64,000 nucleotides of DNA. Origin: the human T2T-CHM13v2.0 reference genome, Homo sapiens. Positions 56,401-64,000 of the stretch are shown piece by piece. A program made the translations under genes and the position numbers. The DNA is taken from the NCBI RefSeq assembly GCF_009914755.1, contig NC_060941.1; one strand, 5' to 3'. Every line of letters starts with the position of its first letter. Within the stretch, counting starts at the first letter, position 1. The notes beneath the pieces are model-generated. The model did not search any database. It was given only the letters and a program-made list of their open reading frames with translations, and was not told where the DNA came from.

Positions 56401-59400
56401 CACTCTTTTTGCAGGATCTACAAGTGGATATTTGGACCACTCTGTGTCCTTCGATCGAAACGGGTATATCTTCACATGACATCTAGACAGAAGCATCCTC
56501 AGAAGCTTCTCTGTGATGACTGCATTCAACTCACGGAGTTGAACACTCCTTTTGAGAGCGCAGTTTTGAAACTCTCTTTCTGTGGCATCTGCAAGGGGAC
56601 ATGTAGACCTCTTTGAAGATTTCGTTGGAAACGGAATCATCTTCACATAAAAACTACACAGATGCATTCTCAGGAACTTTTTGGTGATGTTTGTATTCAA
56701 CTCCCGGAGTTGAACTTTCCTTTGGAAAGAGCAGCTATGAAACACTGTTTTTCTAGAATCTGCAAGTGGACGTTTGGAGGGCTTTGTGGTTTGTGGTGGA
56801 AAAGGAAATATCTTCACCTAAATACTAGATAGAAGCATTCTCAGAAACTGCTTTGTGATGATTGCATTCACCTCACAGAGTTGAACATTCCTATTGATAG
56901 AGCAGTTTGGAAACACTCTTGTTGTGGAATGTGCAAGTGGAGATTTGGAGCGCTTTGAGGCCTATGGTAGTAAAGGGAATAGCTTCATAGAAAAACTAGA
57001 CAGAAGCATTCTCAGAAAATACTTTGTGATGATTGAGTTTAACTCACAGAGCTGAACATTCCTTTGGATGGAGCAGGTTTGAGACACACTTTTTGTAGAA
57101 TCTACAAGTGGATATTTGGACCTCTCTGAGGATTTCGTTGGAAACGGGATAACTGCACCTAACTAAACGGAAGCATTCTCAGAAACTTCTTGGTGATGTT
57201 TGCATTCAAATCCCAGAGTTGAACCTTCCTTTGATAGTTCAGGTTTGAAACACTCTTTTTGTAGGATCTGCAAGTGGATATTTGGACCACTCTGTGGCCT
57301 TCGTTCGAAACGGGTATATCTTCGCATAAAATCTAGACAGAAGCCTTCTCAGAAACTTCTCTGTGATGATTGCATTCAACTCACAGAGTTGAACCCTCCT
57401 ATGGATAGAGCAGTGTTGAAACTCTCTTTTTGTGGAATCTGCAAGTGGATACGTGGACCTCTCCGAAGATGTCTTTGGAAACGGGAATATCTTCACATAA
57501 AAACTAAACAGAAGCATTCTCAGAAACTTCTCTGTGATGTTTGTGTTCAACTCCCAGAGTTTCACATTGCTTTTCATAGAGTAGTTCTGAAACATGCTTT
57601 TCGTAGTGTCTACAAGTGGACATTTGGAGCGCTTTCAGGCCTGTGGTGGAAAACGAATTATGGTCACATAAAAACTGGAGAGAAGCATTGTCAGAAACTT
57701 CTTTGTGATGATTGCATTCAACTCACAGAGTTGAAGGTTCCTTTTCAAAGAGCAGTTTCCAATCACTCTTTCTGTGGAATCTGCAAGTGGATATTTGGAC
57801 CTATTTTGAAGATTTCGTTGGAAACGGGAGAATCTTCACAGGAAAGCTAAACAGAAGCATTCTCAGAAACTTCTTTGTGATGCTTGCATTCAACTCACAG
57901 AGTTGAACTTTCCTTTCGAGAGAGAAGCTTTGAAACACTCTTTTTCCAGAATCTGCAAGTGGACATTTGGAGGGCTTTGAGGCCTGTGGTGGAAAAGGAA
58001 TTATCTTCCCGTAAAAGCTAGATAGAAGCATTCTCAGAAACTACTTTGTGATGATTGCATTCAAGTCACAGAGTTGAACATTCCCTTTGACAGAGCAGTT
58101 TGGAAACTCTCTTTGTGTAGAATCTGCAAGTGGAGATATGGACCGCTTTGAGGCCTATGGTAGTAAAGGAAATAGCTTCATATAAAAGCTAGACAGTAGC
58201 ATTCACAGAAAACTCTTGGTGACGACTGAGTTTAACTCACAGAGCTGAACATTCCTTTGGATGGAGCAGTTTCGAAACACACTATTTGTAGAATGTGCAA
58301 GTGGATATTTAGGCCTCTCTGAGGATTTCGTTGGAAACGGGATAAACCGCACAGAACTAAACAGAAGCATTCTCAGAACCTTCTTCGTGATGTTTGCATT
58401 CAACTCACAGTGTTGAACCTTCCTTTGATAGTTCAGGTTTGAAACGGTCTTTCTGTAGAAACTGCAAGTAGATATTTGGACCTCTCTGAGGATTTCGTTG
58501 GAAACGGGATAACCCGCACAGAACTAAAACAGAAGCATTCTCAGAACCCTCTTCGTGATGTTTGCATTCAACTCACAGTGCTGAACCTTTCTTTGATAGT
58601 TCAGCTTTGAAACACTCTTTTTGTAGAAACTGCAAGTGGATATTTGGTCCTCTCTGAGGAATTCGTTGGAAACGGGATAAACTGCACAGAACTAAACAGA
58701 AGCATTCTCAGAACCTTCTTCGTGATGTCTGCATTCAACTCACAGTGTGGAACCTTTCTTTGATAGTTCAGGTTTGAAACACTCTTTTTGTAGAAACTGC
58801 AAGGGGATAATTGCACTCTTTGAGGAGTACCGTAGTAAAGGAAATAACTTCCTATAAAAAGAAGACAGAAGCTTTCTCAGAAAATTCTTTGGGATGATTG
58901 AGTTGAACTCACAGAGCTGAGCATTCCTTGCGATGTAGCAGTTTAGAAACACACTTTCTGCAGAATCTGCAAGTGCATATTTGGACCTCTGTGAGGAATT
59001 CGTTGGAAACGGGATAATTTCAGCTGACTAAACAGAAGCAGTCTCAGAATCTTCTTTGTGATGTTTGCATTCAAATCCCCGAGTTGAACTTTCCTTTCAA
59101 AGTTCACGTTTGAAACACTCTTTTTGCAGGATCTACAAGTGGATATTTGGACCACTCTGTGTCCTTCGATCGAAACGGGTATATCTTCACATGACATCTA
59201 GACAGAAGCATCCTCAGAAGCTTCTCTGTGATGACTGCATTCAACTCACGGAGTTGAACACTCCTTTTGAGAGCGCAGTTTTGAAACTCTCTTTCTGTGG
59301 CATCTGCAAGGGGACATGTAGACCTCTTTGAAGATTTCGTTGGAAACGGAATCATCTTCACATAAAAACTACACAGATGCATTCTCAGGAACTTTTTGGT

Positions 59401-62400
59401 GATGTTTGTATTCAACTCCCAGAGTTGAACTTTCCTTTGGAAAGAGCAGCTATGAAACACTGTTTTTCTAGAATCTGCAAGTGGACGTTTGGAGGGCTTT
59501 GTGGTTTGTGGTGGAAAAGGAAATATCTTCACCTAAATACTAGATAGAAGCATTCTCAGAAACTGCTTTGTGATGATTGCATTCACCTCACAGAGTTGAA
59601 CATTCCTATTGATAGAGCAGTTTGGAAACACTCTTGTTGTGGAATGTGCAAGTGGAGATTTGGAGCGCTTTGAGGCCTATGGTAGTAAAGGGAATAGCTT
59701 CATAGAAAAACTAGACAGAAGCATTCTCAGAAAATACTTTGTGATGATTGAGTTTAACTCACAGAGCTGACCATTCCTTTGGATGGAGCAGGTTTGAGAC
59801 ACACTTTTTGTAGAATCTACAAGTGGATATTTGGACCTCTCTGAGGATTTCGTTGGAAACGGGATAACTGCACCTAACTAAACGGAAGCATTCTCAGAAA
59901 CTTCTTGGTGATGTTTGCATTCAAATCCCAGAGTTGAACCTTCCTTTGATAGTTCAGGTTTGAAACACTCTTTTTGTAGGATCTGCAAGTGGATATTTGG
60001 ACCACTCTGTGGCCTTCGTTCGAAACGGGTATATCTTCGCATAAAATCTAGACAGAAGCCTTCTCAGAAACTTCTCTGTGATGATTGCATTCAACTCACA
60101 GAGTTGAACCCTCCTATGGATAGAGCAGTGTTGAAACTCTCTTTTTGTGGAATCTGCAAGTGGATACGTGGACCTCTCCGAAGATGTCTTTGGAAACGGG
60201 AATATCTTCACATAAAAACTAAACAGAAGCATTCTCAGAAACTTCTCTGTGATGTTTGTGTTCAACTCCCAGAGTTTCACATTGCTTTTCATAGAGTAGT
60301 TCTGAAACATGCTTTTCGTAGTGTCTACAAGTGGACATTTGGAGCGCTTTCAGGCCTGTGGTGGAAAACGAATTATGGTCACATAAAAACTGGAGAGAAG
60401 CATTGTCAGAAACTTCTTTGTGATGATTGCATTCAACTCACAGAGTTGAAGGTTCCTTTTCAAAGAGCAGTTTCCAATCACTCTTTCTGTGGAATCTGCA
60501 AGTGGATATTTGGACCTATTTTGAAGATTTCGTTGGAAACGGGAGAATCTTCACAGGAAAGCTAAACAGAAGCATTCTCAGAAACTTCTTTGTGATGCTT
60601 GCATTCAACTCACAGAGTTGAACTTTCCTTTCGAGAGAGAAGCTTTGAAACACTCTTTTTCCAGAATCTGCAAGTGGACATTTGGAGGGCTTTGAGGCCT
60701 GTGGTGGAAAAGGAATTATCTTCCCGTAAAAGCTAGATAGAAGCATTCTCAGAAACTACTTTGTGATGATTGCATTCAAGTCACAGAGTTGAACATTCCC
60801 TTTGACAGAGCAGTTTGGAAACTCTCTTTGTGTAGAATCTGCAAGTGGAGATATGGACCGCTTTGAGGCCTATGGTAGTAAAGGAAATAGCTTCATATAA
60901 AAGCTAGACAGTAGCATTCACAGAAAACTCTTGGTGACGACTGAGTTTAACTCACAGAGCTGAACATTCCTTTGGATGGAGCAGTTTCGAAACACACTAT
61001 TTGTAGAATGTGCAAGTGGATATTTAGGCCTCTCTGAGGATTTCGTTGGAAACGGGATAAACCGCACAGAACTAAACAGAAGCATTCTCAGAACCTTCTT
61101 CGTGATGTTTGCATTCAACTCACAGTGTTGAACCTTTCTTTGATAGTTCAGGTTTGAAACGGTCTTTCTGTAGAAACTGCAAGTAGATATTTGGACCTCT
61201 CTGAGGATTTCGTTGGAAACGGGATAACCCGCACAGAACTAAAACAGAAGCATTCTCAGAACCCTCTTCGTGATGTTTGCATTCAACTCACAGTGCTGAA
61301 CCTTTCTTTGATAGTTCAGCTTTGAAACTCTCTTTTTGTAGAAACTGCAAGTGGATATTTGGTCCTCTCTGAGCATTTCGTTGGAAACGGGATAAACTGC
61401 ACAGAACTAAACAGAAGCATTCTCAGAACCTTCTTCGTGATGTCTGCATTCAACTCACAGTGTGGAACCTTTCTTTGATAGTTCAGGTTTGAAACACTCT
61501 TTTTGTAGAAACTGCAAGGGGATAATTGCACTCTTTGAGGAGTACCGTAGTAAAGGAAATAACTTCCTATAAAAAGAAGACAGAAGCTTTCTCAGAAAAT
61601 TCTTTGGGATGATTGAGTTGAACTCACAGAGCTGAGCATTCCTTGCGATGTAGCAGTTTAGAAACACACTTTCTGCAGAATCTGCAAGTGCATATTTGGA
61701 CCTCTGTGAGGAATTCGTTGGAAACGGGATAATTTCAGCTGACTAAACAGAAGCAGTCTCAGAATCTTCTTTGTGATGTTTGCATTCAAATCCCCGAGTT
61801 GAACTTTCCTTTCAAAGTTCACGTTTGAAACACTCTTTTTGCAGGATCTACAAGTGGATATTTGGACCACTCTGTGTCCTTCGATCGAAACGGGTATATC
61901 TTCACATGACATCTAGACAGAAGCATCCTCAGAAGCTTCTCTGTGATGACTGCATTCAACTCACGGAGTTGAACACTCCTTTTGAGAGCGCAGTTTTGAA
62001 ACTCTCTTTCTGTGGCATCTGCAAGGGGACATGTAGACCTCTTTGAAGATTTCGTTGGAAACGGAATCATCTTCACATAAAAACTACACAGATGCATTCT
62101 CAGGAACTTTTTGGTGATGTTTGTATTCAACTCCCAGAGTTGAACTTTCCTTTGGAAAGAGCAGCTATGAAACACTGTTTTTCTAGAATCTGCAAGTGGA
62201 CGTTTGGAGGGCTTTGTGGTTTGTGGTGGAAAAGGAAATATCTTCACCTAAATACTAGATAGAAGCATTCTCAGAAACTGCTTTGTGATGATTGCATTCA
62301 CCTCACAGAGTTGAACATTCCTATTGATAGAGCAGTTTGGAAACACTCTTGTTGTGGAATGTGCAAGTGGAGATTTGGAGCGCTTTGAGGCCTATGGTAG

Positions 62401-62445
62401 TAAAGGGAATAGCTTCATAGAAAAACTAGACAGAAGCATTCTCAG

Positions 62446-64000
62446 AAAATACTTTGTGATGATTGAGTTTAACTCACAGAGCTGAACATTCCTTTGGATG
62501 GAGCAGGTTTGAGACACACTTTTTGTAGAATCTACAAGTGGATATTTGGACCTCTCTGAGGATTTCGTTGGAAACGGGATAACTGCACCTAACTAAACGG
62601 AAGCATTCTCAGAAACTTCTTGGTGATGTTTGCATTCAAATCCCAGAGTTGAACCTTCCTTTGATAGTTCAGGTTTGAAACACTCTTTTTGTAGGATCTG
62701 CAAGTGGATATTTGGACCACTCTGTGGCCTTCGTTCGAAACGGGTATATCTTCGCATAAAATCTAGACAGAAGCCTTCTCAGAAACTTCTCTGTGATGAT
62801 TGCATTCAACTCACAGAGTTGAACCCTCCTATGGATAGAGCAGTGTTGAAACTCTCTTTTTGTGGAATCTGCAAGTGGATACGTGGACCTCTCCGAAGAT
62901 GTCTTTGGAAACGGGAATATCTTCACATAAAAACTAAACAGAAGCATTCTCAGAAACTTCTCTGTGATGTTTGTGTTCAACTCCCAGAGTTTCACATTGC
63001 TTTTCATAGAGTAGTTCTGAAACATGCTTTTCGTAGTGTCTACAAGTGGACATTTGGAGCGCTTTCAGGCCTGTGGTGGAAAACGAATTATGGTCACATA
63101 AAAACTGGAGAGAAGCATTGTCAGAAACTTCTTTGTGATGATTGCATTCAACTCACAGAGTTGAAGGTTCCTTTTCAAAGAGCAGTTTCCAATCACTCTT
63201 TCTGTGGAATCTGCAAGTGGATATTTGGACCTATTTTGAAGATTTCGTTGGAAACGGGAGAATCTTCACAGGAAAGCTAAACAGAAGCATTCTCAGAAAC
63301 TTCTTTGTGATGCTTGCATTCAACTCACAGAGTTGAACTTTCCTTTCGAGAGAGAAGCTTTGAAACACTCTTTTTCCAGAATCTGCAAGTGGACATTTGG
63401 AGGGCTTTGAGGCCTGTGGTGGAAAAGGAATTATCTTCCCGTAAAAGCTAGATAGAAGCATTCTCAGAAACTACTTTGTGATGATTGCATTCAAGTCACA
63501 GAGTTGAACATTCCCTTTGACAGAGCAGTTTGGAAACTCTCTTTGTGTAGAATCTGCAAGTGGAGATATGGACCGCTTTGAGGCCTATGGTAGTAAAGGA
63601 AATAGCTTCATATAAAAGCTAGACAGTAGCATTCACAGAAAACTCTTGGTGACGACTGAGTTTAACTCACAGAGCTGAACATTCCTTTGGATGGAGCAGT
63701 TTCGAAACACACTATTTGTAGAATGTGCAAGTGGATATTTAGGCCTCTCTGAGGATTTCGTTGGAAACGGGATAAACCGCACAGAACTAAACAGAAGCAT
63801 TCTCAGAACCTTCTTCGTGATGTTTGCATTCAACTCACAGTGTTGAACCTTTCTTTGATAGTTCAGGTTTGAAACGGTCTTTCTGTAGAAACTGCAAGTA
63901 GATATTTGGACCTCTCTGAGGATTTCGTTGGAAACGGGATAACCCGCACAGAACTAAAACAGAAGCATTCTCAGAACCCTCTTCGTGATGTTTGCATTCA
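62446..64000 (+). repeat. Partial 24th HOR period, cut by the window edge
   Basis: It matches offsets 1-1555 of the unit, and the array shows no sign of ending. Confidence 0.95.

Larger units (their letters stand above)
1..64000 (+). repeat. Alpha-satellite higher-order repeat array, 2715-bp 16-mer, ~23.6 tandem copies
   Basis: Seen: alphoid motifs (cattctcagaaacttctttgtgatg, tgcattcaactcacagagttgaac, ttcgttggaaacggga) recur every ~170 bp. The sequence at 1 recurs at 2716, 5431, 8146, 10861 ... 62446. The same ORF starts at 185 and 62630, a difference of 62445 = 23 x 2715, with exact spacing at every step. Confidence 0.99.
1..64000 (+). other. D17Z1: Probable human chromosome 17 centromeric array D17Z1 (SF3 16-mer HOR)
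   Basis: Established knowledge: D17Z1 is a ~2.7 kb EcoRI-defined 16-monomer HOR of the pentameric SF3 family with a run of three similar monomers. Seen: 16 monomers, 2715 bp, a constant GAATTC once per unit (1981-1986, 4696-4701 ...), pentamer substructure and a monomer triplication. Not confirmed by alignment. Confidence 0.92.

Noticed and set aside
185-63833. About ten ORFs per period repeated as an apparent tandem gene cluster or operon
   Set aside because: They overlap on both strands and in several frames, lie wholly within alphoid monomers, often use non-ATG starts and resemble no protein family I recognise. Their conservation simply reflects DNA-level HOR identity.
1-64000. CRISPR-like array (conserved motif such as ttcgttggaaacggga or gcattctcagaaac with intervening sequence)
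   Set aside because: The intervening segments are homologous to each other and repeat exactly every 2715 bp. There are no unique spacers, no leader and no cas genes.
1-64000. L1/Alu insertion, inversion or array boundary
   Set aside because: The phase is unbroken at 2715 bp across the window, all CENP-B boxes are on the + strand, and there is no poly-A tail or non-alphoid sequence.
1-64000. Assignment to other SF3 arrays (DXZ1, D11Z1, D1Z5, D17Z1-B)
   Set aside because: From recalled knowledge these have 12-, 5-, 11- and 14-monomer units respectively, whereas this unit has 16 monomers in 2715 bp.

Overview
The whole 64 kb window is primate (human-type) centromeric alpha-satellite DNA: one uninterrupted head-to-tail higher-order repeat (HOR) array with an exact period of 2715 bp, giving 23 complete periods plus a partial 24th. 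Each period holds 16 diverged monomers of 167-172 bp in a pentamer-derived (suprachromosomal family 3, W1-W5) arrangement. A ~2.7 kb SF3 16-mer with a constant EcoRI site per unit best fits the chromosome 17 array D17Z1; this assignment rests on recalled family knowledge, not a database search. Each HOR carries 8 intact CENP-B boxes, 2 broken ones and 6 A-type (pJalpha-like) monomers. I see no genes, transposon insertions, inversions or length-variant HORs, and the ORF track is incidental translation of the satellite. The informative signal is the sparse variation among copies (16 variable HOR positions found by eye; copy k starts at 1+2715*(k-1)): a three-state site with a frequent extra EcoRI cut, variant clustering in the triplicated monomers, two four-gamete conflicts over <30 bp, variants matching paralogous monomers, and traces of 2-HOR duplication. 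I found no evidence for a new gene system; the findings concern satellite evolution.
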